This document shows, in pieces, positions 34,782-45,217 of a stretch of 64,000 bases of DNA. The notes below the pieces were generated by a model. It saw only the letters and a program-made list of their open reading frames with translations. It did not search any database and was not told the origin of the DNA. The stretch spans positions 605 through 64,604 of the forward strand of contig JAAZBV010000128.1 of the NCBI GenBank assembly GCA_012513605.1, in the 5' to 3' direction. The position numbers and the translations under genes are program-made. Numbering within the stretch: the stretch's first letter is position 1; each line of letters begins with the position of its first letter. The stretch comes from Desulfatiglans sp. (GTDB taxonomy: Bacteria; Desulfobacterota; DSM-4660; Desulfatiglandales; HGW-15).

Positions 34782-36299
34782 ATGAAAGCATACGAGAACA
34801 TCTCTATATGGATGGTTGCAGGGAGTCAGCACCTTTACGGGGAAGAGACACTGAAGCAGGTGCGGTCACACACAGAAGAGATCGCCGGGTATCTGAACGG
34901 GCTGGATAACATTCCAGCGGAGATTCTGTATAAAGGCATTCTGACCACGCTGCAGGAGATCACTGATTTTTGTATAAGGGCGAGCGCTGATGACCAATGC
35001 GCGGGTGTAATCCTCTGGATGCACACATTTTCACCATCCAAGATGTGGATCAACGGGCTCAAGGTGATAACCAAACCGATCCTCCACCTGCACACCCAGT
35101 ATAACAGGGATATACCCTGGGGTGATATTGATATGGATTTCATGAACCTGAACCAGTCTGCCCACGGTGACAGGGAGCATGGATACATCAATACACGCAT
35201 GAAGATAGATCGTAAGGTGGTCACAGGATTTTGGAAGGATGACAGGGTGCATAAAGGGATCAGCTCATGGATACGCGCTGCTGCTGCGCTAAGGGATATA
35301 AGGGGCGCAAAGGTTGCCCGCTTCGGGGATAACATGAGGGATGTGGCTGTTACAGAGGGGGACAAGGTTGCGGCCCAGATCGCCTTTGGTTTTGATGTAT
35401 ATGGCTACGGGGTGGGTGACCTGGTAGCAAGAATAAAAGAGGTAAAAGAAGAGCGGATCGATGCATTGATCAAAGAATACAAAGAGACCTATGTTGTTGA
35501 CAAAGAACTACTTCCCGGAGGCAGCAGGCACGAGAGCCTCAAAGAGGCTGCCCGTTTGGAGGCAGGCATAGAGAACTTTTTAGTTGATGGTAATTTTGTC
35601 GCCTTTACTACCACCTTTGAAGACCTTGAAGGGATGAGGCAGCTTCCCGGTTTTGCATGCCAGAGGCTGATGGAAAAGGGGTATGGGTTTGGTGCAGAAG
35701 GGGACTGGAAGACAGCGCTTCTTGTGCGTGCCATGAAGGTTATGGGTAAAGGGCTTACCGGGGGCACATCATTTATGGAAGATTATACCTATCACCTTGA
35801 CCCGGAAAACTCGATGGTCCTGGGCGCCCACATGCTGGAGGTCTGCCCGACCATATCAGGGGCAGAAAAGGTGCGGCTTGAGATACATCCGCTTGGGATA
35901 GGTGGAAAGGAAGACCCTGTAAGGCTGGTATTTAACGTGCCTGAAGGAGATTCTGTTAATGCATCACTTATTGACATGGGAAACAGGTTCAGGTTGCTGG
36001 TGAATGAGGTCTATACTGTAGACATTACAGAGAAGCTTCCAAGGCTCCCTGTGGCCAGAGTCCTCTGGAAACCCAAACCAGATCTTGAAATAGCATCCCA
36101 TGCATGGATACTGGGGGGTGGCGCTCATCATACCGGGTACAGCAAGCAGGTAACAACAGAGATGCTGACAGATTTCTGTGAGATGTGTGGTATAGAGATG
36201 CTCCTGATCGATGATAAAACAGATCTCAGCTCTTTTAAAAAGGAACTCAAGTGGAATGATCTCTATTACACCCTGAAGGCCTTTTCAGGAGGGGTATAG
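34782..36299 (+). CDS. araA: L-arabinose isomerase
   Basis: 505 aa. N-terminus [19 protein letters not shown] and overall length are typical of AraA. Confidence 0.9.
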   Translation: MKAYENISIWMVAGSQHLYGEETLKQVRSHTEEIAGYLNGLDNIPAEILYKGILTTLQEITDFCIRASADDQCAGVILWMHTFSPSKMWINGLKVITKPILHLHTQYNRDIPWGDIDMDFMNLNQSAHGDREHGYINTRMKIDRKVVTGFWKDDRVHKGISSWIRAAAALRDIRGAKVARFGDNMRDVAVTEGDKVAAQIAFGFDVYGYGVGDLVARIKEVKEERIDALIKEYKETYVVDKELLPGGSRHESLKEAARLEAGIENFLVDGNFVAFTTTFEDLEGMRQLPGFACQRLMEKGYGFGAEGDWKTALLVRAMKVMGKGLTGGTSFMEDYTYHLDPENSMVLGAHMLEVCPTISGAEKVRLEIHPLGIGGKEDPVRLVFNVPEGDSVNASLIDMGNRFRLLVNEVYTVDITEKLPRLPVARVLWKPKPDLEIASHAWILGGGAHHTGYSKQVTTEMLTDFCEMCGIEMLLIDDKTDLSSFKKELKWNDLYYTLKAFSGGV

Positions 36300-36432
36300 A
36301 CTGAACCGCGAAGCAGGCGAAAGGCACGAAAAAATACAGGATAAAGGAAAAAATGGCTAAAGTAATTAATGGTATAAAATTTATCATGAGTATATAGTAA
36401 ATATCTATAAAACATTTTCAGGAGGTAAGGAT

Positions 36433-37047
36433 ATGATAAAGATCTATGGTGCAAAGATGGGAAGCGCCTTCAGATGCCATGTGCTCATGCTTGAGATGGG
36501 TATAAAGCATGAAGAGGTAAAGGTGGATTTTGAAAAGGGTGATCAGTTTAAACCCGAATACCTTAAGCTGAACCCGAACGGTAAGATACCATGCATTGTT
36601 GATGGTGATTTTGTGCTGTGGGAATCTATGGCAATCAATAAATATATTGCTACAAAACACAATTCAGACCTCCTTGGGAAAACCATTGAGGAGAATGCCC
36701 TTATTGATCAGTGGAGTTACTGGTCCATACTTGAGGTGCAGGCGAACCTCTATTCAATCGCATTCCAGAAATTCTGGGTGCCAGAGGCAGACAGGGATGA
36801 AAAGGCTATTAAAAAGGCGATGGATGAGCTTCCAAAGGTGTTAAAGATTCTGGATAACCAGCTTGAAGGAAAGGAATATATCCTTGGTAACAGGTTCACC
36901 CTTGCTGATATCAATGTGGCAAGCTGTGTTATGGCGGCTGATTTTGCAAAGTATGATTATTCTGCATATAAAAACATAACACGCTGGATAGCAAAACTTA
37001 ACAAACGCCCGAGTTTTGCACAGATACCTTTTCCTCCGAAGAAGTAG
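36433..37047 (+). CDS. Glutathione S-transferase family protein
   Basis: 204 aa. N-terminal thioredoxin-like domain (KIPCIVDGDFVLWESMAINKYI) plus a helical C-terminal domain. AGGAGG RBS. Confidence 0.8.
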   Translation: MIKIYGAKMGSAFRCHVLMLEMGIKHEEVKVDFEKGDQFKPEYLKLNPNGKIPCIVDGDFVLWESMAINKYIATKHNSDLLGKTIEENALIDQWSYWSILEVQANLYSIAFQKFWVPEADRDEKAIKKAMDELPKVLKILDNQLEGKEYILGNRFTLADINVASCVMAADFAKYDYSAYKNITRWIAKLNKRPSFAQIPFPPKK

Positions 37048-37305
37048 ATATAACGGGGCTGGATAGATTCATCAGCCCCGTCAATCCAAGGTGTTGATTA
37101 ACACTTCTTGTAATGCTACCAAAATATCTACAGTTATCAATCTGTTATATCAAAAAAGATATCAGGAGGGCTTCAAAAAAAGCTTTAAATCATTCAGTAA
37201 GATGTGTATACTGTGCCCCTTATATTTAAAAAAACGCAAGGTCCGGTGATGGGTGTTGCAGGTAAGTATATATACATTGGAATAAATAAAAAAAGCATTT
37301 TTTTT

Positions 37306-37366
37306 ACCACGGAGAGCACGGAGTACACGGGAATAAAATTTAAAAAATCTCCGTATCCTCAATGGT
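37306..37366. repeat. Degenerate copy of the CACGGAG 9-mer inverted-repeat element
   Basis: accacggagagcacggagtacacggg...atctccgtatcctcaatggt. Compare with the intact copy at 52041-52115. Confidence 0.5.
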
Positions 37367-37489
37367 TATAAAGATGTGTTGAGTACGTCAACGAATTTAT
37401 ATCAAAGAGTGCTAAGCCTGAAATGCATCAATAACATATGCACAACCGGGCTTTAAACAGTTTAAACTAAATTATCAGGAGGCTTTATT

Positions 37490-39337
37490 ATGGCGCATGG
37501 AGTTATGGGAAAGATGCTGTTTGTTGATCTCAGCAAAAAACAGCTTAAAGAAGAGGCACTTGATCCAAAGACAGTCCGGGAATATATAGGCGGTTATGGT
37601 CTGGGTGCAAAGATATTATTTGAAAGACAGAAACCAGGGGTTGATCCTCTTGGCCCTGATGCAATGCTTGGTATTGTTACAGGCATGCTTACCGGAACAG
37701 ATGCTATAGGCGGTTCACGTTATGTAATGGTTGGTAAATCGCCCCTTACAGGCGGTTGGGGTGATGCCAATTCAGGCGGTAATGTGGGCCCATTTTTGAA
37801 GTTCGGTGGTTATGATGCTGTATTTTTCTCAGGGATATCTGAAAAACCGGTATACCTTTATATTGATAACGGCAAGGCAGAGCTTAAGGATGCATCTGAC
37901 CTGTGGGGTAAGGACACCTTTGATACAGAAGACATCCTGAGAGACAGGCATGGCAAAAAGCTTGAAGTTGCCTGTATAGGGCCATCCGGAGAAAAATTAT
38001 CACTTATAGCTGCTGTCATGAATAATAAAGGCCGCGCAGCAGGACGTTCAGGTCTTGGCGCTGTAATGGGCTCAAAAAAGCTCAAGGCAATTGCCATAAA
38101 CGGATCTCTAGAAATACCCGTGGCTGATAAAGAGGCTGCAAAGGCAATGCGTAAAAGACACCTGAGTGACATGGGGCCGATGGTGAAATTCATGCAGGAG
38201 TTCGGCACCTGTGGTATGCTTGAGATGTGCGCCAAGGTGGATGATGCCCCATTCAAGAACTGGGCAGGCACCGGTGAGGGTGATATGCCCAACTATGCAG
38301 ATATTGGCGGGCCGCATATAATAGCCCAGCAGGAAAGAAGATATGGCTGCTACCGATGCCCGATAGCCTGCGGCGGTATAATGAAGCCTTCAACAGGCGA
38401 GTATAAATGGGGTGAGCACGCACACAAACCGGAATATGAGACCCAGGCAATGTTTGGCACTAACCTTCTTGTCAATAATGTTGATTCAATAATTATGGCC
38501 AGTGATATCTGTAACCGGTATGGTATGGATACAATAGGGGCAGGCGCAGTGGTGGCCTTTGCAATGGAATGCTATGAAAAGGGTATAATTACCGCAAAGG
38601 ATACAGACGGTATTGAAATGAAGTGGGGAGACCACAAGGCAAGTATTGCTCTCCTTAACAAGATTGTAAGGCGTGAAGGTATCGGCGATATACTTGCTGA
38701 CGGCACAAAGGTGGCGGCTAAAAAATTAGGTAAAGGTTCTGAAAAATTTGCAATGCATGTGGGAGGTCAGGAATTTCCTGCGCATGATTCAAGGGGCGGA
38801 CACGGATTTGCGATAGCCTATTGCTCGGAACCAACACCTGGCCGCCACACAATGAGCGGGGAGATGCCTCATCCTCCGGGAACAATGCCTGAGTATGATC
38901 CTACAACCTTTAAGGGTCGCGGAATACCCCACATGATAGGCTCTGCCTTTTCCAACTACTATAATGCAGCCGGGCTCTGCATGATCTGTTATGGCGATGG
39001 ATATGGAAAGGCGGAATATTTTCTGGAGGCAATAAAAACCATCACAGGATGGGATGTATCCCGTGAAGAGATCATCAAGGCCGGGATGCGTATTAACGCA
39101 ATGCGTCAGGCATTCAATATCCGTGAAGGTATAACAACACCATGGAAATTCCCTGACAGGATGCTCGGAAAACCGGCCAAGACAGTTGGGCCAAGGGCAG
39201 GCATTACCTGGGAACTTCAAGAGATCTATACAGAGTACTACGAGGCAATGGGCTGGGATACAAAGACAGGGAAACCAAAAAAGGAGACCCTTCTTGACCT
39301 GGGCATGGATTTTGTTGCAAGGGAATTATATAAATAA
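37490..39337 (+). CDS. Aldehyde:ferredoxin oxidoreductase (tungsten/molybdopterin AOR family)
   Basis: 615 aa. N-terminus GKMLFVDLSKKQLKEE...GGYGLGAKIL. [4Fe-4S] ligands in GCYRCPIACGG. AGGAGG RBS. Confidence 0.9.
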   Translation: MAHGVMGKMLFVDLSKKQLKEEALDPKTVREYIGGYGLGAKILFERQKPGVDPLGPDAMLGIVTGMLTGTDAIGGSRYVMVGKSPLTGGWGDANSGGNVGPFLKFGGYDAVFFSGISEKPVYLYIDNGKAELKDASDLWGKDTFDTEDILRDRHGKKLEVACIGPSGEKLSLIAAVMNNKGRAAGRSGLGAVMGSKKLKAIAINGSLEIPVADKEAAKAMRKRHLSDMGPMVKFMQEFGTCGMLEMCAKVDDAPFKNWAGTGEGDMPNYADIGGPHIIAQQERRYGCYRCPIACGGIMKPSTGEYKWGEHAHKPEYETQAMFGTNLLVNNVDSIIMASDICNRYGMDTIGAGAVVAFAMECYEKGIITAKDTDGIEMKWGDHKASIALLNKIVRREGIGDILADGTKVAAKKLGKGSEKFAMHVGGQEFPAHDSRGGHGFAIAYCSEPTPGRHTMSGEMPHPPGTMPEYDPTTFKGRGIPHMIGSAFSNYYNAAGLCMICYGDGYGKAEYFLEAIKTITGWDVSREEIIKAGMRINAMRQAFNIREGITTPWKFPDRMLGKPAKTVGPRAGITWELQEIYTEYYEAMGWDTKTGKPKKETLLDLGMDFVARELYK

Positions 39338-39361
39338 ATTAAATCCTTAATATTGACTTAA

Positions 39362-39401
39362 AAGGCCGCATTGGGTAGAAATAATGCGGCCTTTTTCTTT
39401 T
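39362..39401 (+). terminator. Rho-independent terminator after the AOR gene
   Basis: Perfect 11-bp stem aaggccgcatt/aatgcggcctt, followed by tttttctttt. Confidence 0.7.
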
Positions 39402-39436
39402 GACTAAAAAAAAGGGTTTTTATCCGGAGCAAAAAT

Positions 39437-39709
39437 ATGAGCATTGAAGTGGAAATAGCCCATGTTTTCAGGTCTTACTTTAACGGGCAGAAATCAGTAA
39501 CAGTAAAGGGAAAGACTGTGGGCGAATGCCTGAATGATCTTTCTCTAAAATATCCTATGACAAAAAATATGATTGTTGACAGCAATGGAAACATAACAAA
39601 CCGTTTTGAGGTATACCTGAATGGTGAAAGCACCTATGAAACCGGGTTATCCACCCCGGTAAAAGATGGTGACAAGATAGACCTTATTTATATTATACAT
39701 GGGGGGTAA
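39437..39709 (+). CDS. MoaD/ThiS-family ubiquitin-like sulfur-carrier protein (copy 1)
   Basis: 90 aa ending in ...IYIIHGG. Clear paralog of 49009-49281. Confidence 0.7.
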   Translation: MSIEVEIAHVFRSYFNGQKSVTVKGKTVGECLNDLSLKYPMTKNMIVDSNGNITNRFEVYLNGESTYETGLSTPVKDGDKIDLIYIIHGG

Positions 39710-39817
39710 TTTTTAAACCTTATACGCAGTACTTTTTTACATAATAATCCTACTGAGGGACCAATAAAGGCGGAGATGCCGGAGTGGTTATCAATCTGAA
39801 ATCAAGGAGACTTATTT

Positions 39818-41839
39818 ATGGAAAAAAAAGCGCTTTACCCATCATTTACTAATCCTTATCTTATTGAACCTGATTGTCCTATCCCTGATGAAGTCGCTGT
39901 AATAGGCGCCGGGCATATTGGCCCTGATATTGCCTACTACCTGCGTACCGGCTTGACTCACAAAAAATTATATGTGGTTGATGTTGTTGAAGCCCAGCTT
40001 GACAAGGCAAAGGAGCGCTTCAAAGGATATGCTGACAAGGCAGTACAGAAGAAAAAGATAACCCCTGAAGCTGCTGAAAAGATACTCGGGAATATTGTTT
40101 ACACCACTGACTATAACGATATAAAAAACTGCGGGCTTGTTATTGAGGCGGCAACAGAAAACCTTGAACTGAAGCAAAAGATCTTTCAGACGCTTGAGGA
40201 GGTAACCTCACCGGATACTATCCTGACAAGTAATACAAGCGGTATCCCTGCAAATGAGATTTTTTCAGCGATGAAACACCCTGAACGCGCCACCATCACC
40301 CATTTCTTTGCCCCTGCATGGAGAAGCCTCCCTGTTGAGGTGATAAACTGGGAGGGCGCCTCTTCAAAGACACTTGATTATCTGTTATGGTTTTTTGCAA
40401 ATACAGGTAAGGTTCCCATGATGACTGCCAATGTCTTTTCATTTCTCCTTAACAGGATTTTTGAAACATGGTGCAGTGAGGCAGCCTTTCTTATTGACAG
40501 AGCAACAAGCCAGCAGGTTGATCATGTGGCTGAAGAGTTTGTTGCATCAGGCCCGTTCTTTGTTTTAAATTTTACAGGTGGAAATCCCCTGATCCATATT
40601 TCACAGAGCCGCAGGATTAGCGAATCAACCTGTTATAAGCCATCCCTCTCTCTTTTATCTGTTGATACCTGGAAGGTTAACAGGCCCGGAACAAAGGTTG
40701 ATGTGCCTGATGATATTAAAAAATGGATCAAGAAAAGGCTTCTGGGCGCCATATTCTCTCAGTGTTTTGATATCACCGACAGGTCTATTGGCACGCGCTC
40801 TGATCTAAACCTGGGGACTGTTATCGGCCTTGGTTTTAAAAAGGGGGTCTTTGAGGTAATGGCGGATATGGGAAGTCAAGGAGTTAAAGATATAATGGAA
40901 GGCTTTAAAGCAGAACGTCCGGGATTCCCGATTCCAAAGCATGATATTGACAGCTATATAAATTTTCCAAGGGATATCCTTGTGGATGATATAAATGGTA
41001 TCAGGATTATCACGATAAGAAGGCCCCAGGCAGCAAACACCTTAAACATAAGCACCTGTGATGAGATATTATCAGAGTTGAAAAGGGGTGAGGGTGATCC
41101 ATCAGTCAAAGGCATTATTATTACAGGTTACGGCACAAAGGCATTCTGTGCAGGCGCTGACATCAGCGTTCTCTTACCAACCATCGGCAATGCCCCCGCC
41201 GGATCAGCCTTAAGCAGGAAATATGGCAGCATTGTAGAGTATATTAACGAAATGAATAAGCCTGTTGTGGCGGCAGTAAATGGTTTCGCAGTGGGTGGAG
41301 GTTGTGAACTTGCAATGGGCTGCCATTCTATTGTTGCTGATAAAAAGGCCTTTTTTCAGTTCCCTGAGATTACACTGGGTATTTTCCCCGGTATGGGCGG
41401 GGTTGTTATCCCCTATAGAAAATGGCCAAAGACCAATGGTAAGTTTAGTGCCATGTCATCACAGGCAGAACGGCTCAGTAGTCATGATGCTGAAAAACTT
41501 GGTATCGTTACAAAGATAACTGACGGCTATATGAATATGATCAGGGCAGCCATTGACGAAGTAAAGAGATTGTCAGGACAGATTCCCAGAATCCCTGACA
41601 GGGTTGCTGAGATGCCTGTGTTTATGCCCCCTACTGAACCAAAATCAGGTGACATAACGCTAAGCAAAGAGGCTATAGGGATAATAGCCGATGTTATCAG
41701 AGATGCTGCAAAGGCAGAGAGTTTTAAGGATGCAATGGAGGTCTCCTACATGTATTCAGGCAGGATATCCTGTATGGATGCCATAAAAGAGGGGGTAACT
41801 GCATTTATGGAAAAGCGTAAACCGGTTTTTACAAAATAA
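39818..41839 (+). CDS. 3-hydroxyacyl-CoA dehydrogenase (N-terminal) / enoyl-CoA hydratase (C-terminal) fusion protein
   Basis: VAVIGAGHIGPDIAYYL NAD fold at the N-terminus. Crotonase motifs KAFCAGADIS and VAAVNGFAVGGGCELAMGCH in the C-terminal third. Confidence 0.85.
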   Translation: MEKKALYPSFTNPYLIEPDCPIPDEVAVIGAGHIGPDIAYYLRTGLTHKKLYVVDVVEAQLDKAKERFKGYADKAVQKKKITPEAAEKILGNIVYTTDYNDIKNCGLVIEAATENLELKQKIFQTLEEVTSPDTILTSNTSGIPANEIFSAMKHPERATITHFFAPAWRSLPVEVINWEGASSKTLDYLLWFFANTGKVPMMTANVFSFLLNRIFETWCSEAAFLIDRATSQQVDHVAEEFVASGPFFVLNFTGGNPLIHISQSRRISESTCYKPSLSLLSVDTWKVNRPGTKVDVPDDIKKWIKKRLLGAIFSQCFDITDRSIGTRSDLNLGTVIGLGFKKGVFEVMADMGSQGVKDIMEGFKAERPGFPIPKHDIDSYINFPRDILVDDINGIRIITIRRPQAANTLNISTCDEILSELKRGEGDPSVKGIIITGYGTKAFCAGADISVLLPTIGNAPAGSALSRKYGSIVEYINEMNKPVVAAVNGFAVGGGCELAMGCHSIVADKKAFFQFPEITLGIFPGMGGVVIPYRKWPKTNGKFSAMSSQAERLSSHDAEKLGIVTKITDGYMNMIRAAIDEVKRLSGQIPRIPDRVAEMPVFMPPTEPKSGDITLSKEAIGIIADVIRDAAKAESFKDAMEVSYMYSGRISCMDAIKEGVTAFMEKRKPVFTK

Positions 41840-41845
41840 CCGGAA

Positions 41846-41900
41846 ATAGAAGGTTGGGTTAAGAAAATTAACCCAACCTTCTATTTTGATTTATTTTTTT
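41846..41900 (+). terminator. Rho-independent terminator
   Basis: 17-bp stem atagaaggttgggttaa/ttaacccaaccttctat, loop gaaaa, then a T-rich tail tttgatttattttttt. Confidence 0.75.
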
Positions 41901-42030
41901 ATTGGCATATTGCATGCAATAAGCGTGATTAAAAATTCAGGGCTGTGCTGTTGCTTGAAATATAAAACTGAAAGTTCAAAGCTCAAAGGGAAAAAGCAGG
42001 GTTTTTAGTTTTATATACCGAAATTACACG

Positions 42031-42059
42031 TTGACATAAAACTGCTTACTCCATATACT
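42031..42059 (+). promoter_or_regulatory. Sigma70-type promoter for secreted paralog 3
   Basis: TTGACA (42031-42036), 17 nt, TATACT (42054-42059). About 70 nt upstream of the ATG at 42131. Confidence 0.5.
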
Positions 42060-42130
42060 TCTTCCGCTTAAAAAAAGCAAAGATGGTTCTCTTATTATTC
42101 ATATCTATTAGTTTCAATAAAAAGGAGGCT

Positions 42131-43162
42131 GTAATGAAAACGCAACGGTTGTTTGTCACATTATTGTTAATTGTTACTCTTGCCATTATGGGTATTGCTT
42201 GCTCGCAAAAGAGTGTAGAGGATTACGACAGGCAGGGCCTGGTTGACCTTATGCAGAAATATATCGGGGCAATAGTTAAACATACACCCGGTGACCTGCC
42301 ATTTGCCGATAAGGTCAAGTTCACCGAAAACTCGGATAATGGGATTGAATTTCTGGCGGTAGGTAAAGGGCTCTGGGAGACCGCAACTGAAGGCCCTAAG
42401 GGTTTTGAGATTTATGCGGCTGATCCTGTGGCCCAGTCAGCAGCCACTCTTGTTGTTATGAAAGAGAATAATAAGGATATTATTTTCGGGGCACGCATTA
42501 AACTCGAAAACGGCAAGATCACAGAGGCCGAGCATCTTGTTGTGCGCGGAGAGTCAATGAGTAAACAGCCTTACAGCTCGATGCCATCTTTACAGAAGGC
42601 CCGGCCTGGTTTTGCGGAGGATATACCTGCCGCTGAGCAGATGACAAGGGAAGAGCTCCTAAAGATAGGGCTCTCATACTATGACTCACTCACATCCGAG
42701 GATGGCACACGTACGCCATTTGCAAAGGAGTGTGAACGCCATGAAAACGGCATGACAACAGCCGGAGGAAAACCACCCAAACCTGAAGATTTACCCCCCG
42801 GGACTGCTATGCCTACCGGCGGTTTCGGAAACATACCAATGGACTGTGAAGGCCAGCTGAGCGCAGGTGTCTTCTCCTATATCACTGAGATCAGGCCTCA
42901 CATGGTTGTTGCTGATGTTCAGAAGGGGCTCTCTGTCGGTTTTTCAATGTTCAGGCATGACGGCACAAAAAGGCTGCCTAAAGATGCTGCGCCTGGAACC
43001 GATAATAAAACCACTTACGGGCAGTTCAACCTTGCTGCAATGCATATCTACAAGATCAGAAACGGCAAGATGTATGAAATAGAGGCCCCGGGGGCCATGC
43101 TGCCATACGGTATTAAATCCGGTTATGAGTCAGAAGAAAAGATTTTTCCTGTAACGCAATAA
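42131..43162 (+). CDS. Secreted (lipo)protein of unknown function, paralog 3 of the 542/1526 family
   Basis: Start at MKTQRLFVTLLL (AAGGAGG RBS). Lipobox-like AIMGIAC. Motifs GKGLWETATEG, KLENGKITEAEHLV, PFAKECERHENG, YITEIRPH, AMHIYKIRNGKMYEIEA. Confidence 0.75.
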   Translation, partial: VMKTQRLFVTLLLIVTLAIMGIACSQKSVEDYDRQGLVDLMQKYIGAIVKHTPGDLPFADKVKFTENSDNGIEFLAVGKGLWETATEGPKGFEIYAADPVAQSAATLVVMKENNKDIIFGARIKLENGKITEAEHLVVRGESMSKQPYSSMPSLQKARPGFAEDIPAAEQMTREELLKIGLSYYDSLTSEDGTRTPFAKECERHENGMTTAGGKPPKPEDLPPGTAMPTGGFGNIPMDCEGQLSAGVFSYITEIRPHMVVADVQKGLSVGFSMFRHDGTKRLPKDAAPGTDNKTTYGQFNLAAMHIYKIRNGKMYEIEAPGAMLPYGIKSGYESEEKIFPVTQ

Positions 43163-43177
43163 TTTAGTATCCATCTT

Positions 43178-43209
43178 CTGCAGGGGTCGATTAATACTGG
43201 TCCCTGCAG
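43178..43209. terminator. Hairpin between convergent genes (possible bidirectional terminator)
   Basis: ctgcaggg / ccctgcag stem with a 16-nt loop. There is no clear T-run. Confidence 0.35.
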
Positions 43210-43241
43210 CGGATTAACCTGTCTTATAACCAATATACAAT

Positions 43242-44486
43242 TCAGTAAATGATTCCTATAACTGCGCCTGTCATGCAGGTCGCCAGTGTTCCGGCGATAA
43301 TCGATTTCATGCCCAGGCTTACGATCTCATTCCGCCGTTCAGGCGCCATTGCGCCCATACCGCCTATCATTATTCCAAGTGAGCCCAGGTTGGCAAAACC
43401 GCATATGGCATATGTCATTATAATGCGGCTCCTTTCTGAAATCACCCCTTCACCAAGGGAGACCAGGTTCTGGTATGCTATTAATTCATTGAGCACGGTT
43501 TTTACGCCCATGAGAGTCCCGCATACTTTTGCCTCAGCCCATGGTATGCCCATGGCCCATGTAACAGGGGCCATTATATATCCAAGAAGCCTCTGTATTG
43601 TGATCGGTTCTGATCCTGGGAAAGGGATAATACCAAGGATAAGATTTAAGAGGTGAACAAGGGATACCAGCACAACAAGCATTGCTATGATATTGATAAG
43701 CAGGGTCATCCCCTCAATTGTACCTTTTGTGATTGCATCCATTGAACTCTCTGCATGAACGGAAAGGGTTATCTCGCCATCCGATATCCCGCCTGTCTCA
43801 GGTATCAGGAGCTTCGCAACGGTTACGGCTGCTGGCGCGCTTATCAGGGATGCAATCAAAAGGTGGCCAACTACACCGGGAATAACGCTGTTAAGTATTG
43901 TTGCATATAGTACCATGACAGTACCTGCTATTGTTGCCATCCCAGAAGTCATAATAGAAAAGAGCTCACTTCTTGATATTGAACGGATATAGGGTTTCAC
44001 AAGTAACGGGGCCTCAACCATGCCAACAAATATGTTTGCAGAGACACCAAAACCCTCTACTCCCCCTATACCCATGATCTTTGTCAGTACCCGGGTCAAA
44101 CCCTTAACTATTACAGGTATAATTCTCCAGTAAAAGAGCAGGGCAGAAAGTGCGCTTATAAGAAGCACAAGTGGAAGGCTCTGAAAGGCAAGTATAAAGG
44201 TCGAACCGGGGTTGGTTACTGTAAAGGGCGTATCTCCTCCTGCAAGGTATCCGAACACGAAACCTGTGCCCTCTGCTATGGATGCCTGCAGGGCTCCTAC
44301 AATATTGTTCAGCCTCATGAAAAAGGAGTGGCTTAGGGGGAGTTTCACCAGGATAATCGCCACTATCAGCTGAAGTGCAATCCCTGCCCCGACAGTCCTG
44401 TATTTTACCCTGCTTCTGTGCTCTGAAATCGACCATGCAATAAATGCAAGTATAAAGAGCCCTGCAAGGCTCTGTAGTCTCAACAT
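43242..44486 (-). CDS. nupC: NupC/CNT-family nucleoside transporter
   Basis: 414-aa polytopic protein. The motifs GTGFVFG, MGIGGVEGFGVSANIFVGMVEAPL and ICGFANLGSLGI are typical of concentrative nucleoside transporters. Confidence 0.8.
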   Translation of the reverse strand: MLRLQSLAGLFILAFIAWSISEHRSRVKYRTVGAGIALQLIVAIILVKLPLSHSFFMRLNNIVGALQASIAEGTGFVFGYLAGGDTPFTVTNPGSTFILAFQSLPLVLLISALSALLFYWRIIPVIVKGLTRVLTKIMGIGGVEGFGVSANIFVGMVEAPLLVKPYIRSISRSELFSIMTSGMATIAGTVMVLYATILNSVIPGVVGHLLIASLISAPAAVTVAKLLIPETGGISDGEITLSVHAESSMDAITKGTIEGMTLLINIIAMLVVLVSLVHLLNLILGIIPFPGSEPITIQRLLGYIMAPVTWAMGIPWAEAKVCGTLMGVKTVLNELIAYQNLVSLGEGVISERSRIIMTYAICGFANLGSLGIMIGGMGAMAPERRNEIVSLGMKSIIAGTLATCMTGAVIGIIY

Positions 44487-44784
44487 TAGAAGCCTCCTGT
44501 TGAAATAATCAGTTCGAAGGGTTATTTAGCTTTTTAATTATCAAATGTATATCCAAATTTCTATATGAATATTCGATCTGCTGTTTTAATTTTATTACAG
44601 AAAACTCTGGTTGGTGAAGTTTTTTCCCAGGCTTTAAAAGGCAATATATGATACGAAAATGTTATGCAATAAAGATCTAATGACAAAAATGTAGTAATGT
44701 AATTTTTTATCGCCATAACGTTAAATCAGTAAATATAAAATGATATCAATAGGATAATACCTCATAAATGATCTTATAAAAGAG

Positions 44785-44800
44785 TGGCATATCTCTTGCT
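44785..44800 (+). promoter_or_regulatory. Sigma54 (-24/-12) promoter upstream of glnK-amt
   Basis: TGGCATATCTCTTGCT fits TGGCAC-N5-TTGCW with GG and GC at the correct spacing. 65 nt upstream of the glnK ATG. Confidence 0.6.
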
Positions 44801-44846
44801 GTTTCTTAATGTAAAATTTAAATGGACTGGATGAAGGTCTATATAA

Positions 44847-45203
<357 letters not shown>

Positions 45204-45217
45204 AAAGGAGAAATAAG

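Noticed and set aside
41903-41918. Sigma54-like motif TGGCATATTGCATGCA upstream of secreted paralog 3
   Set aside because: The spacing fits, but the motif lies directly after the T-tail of the upstream terminator and about 210 nt from the ATG. A much better-placed sigma70 promoter (TTGACA-17-TATACT at 42031-42059) exists.
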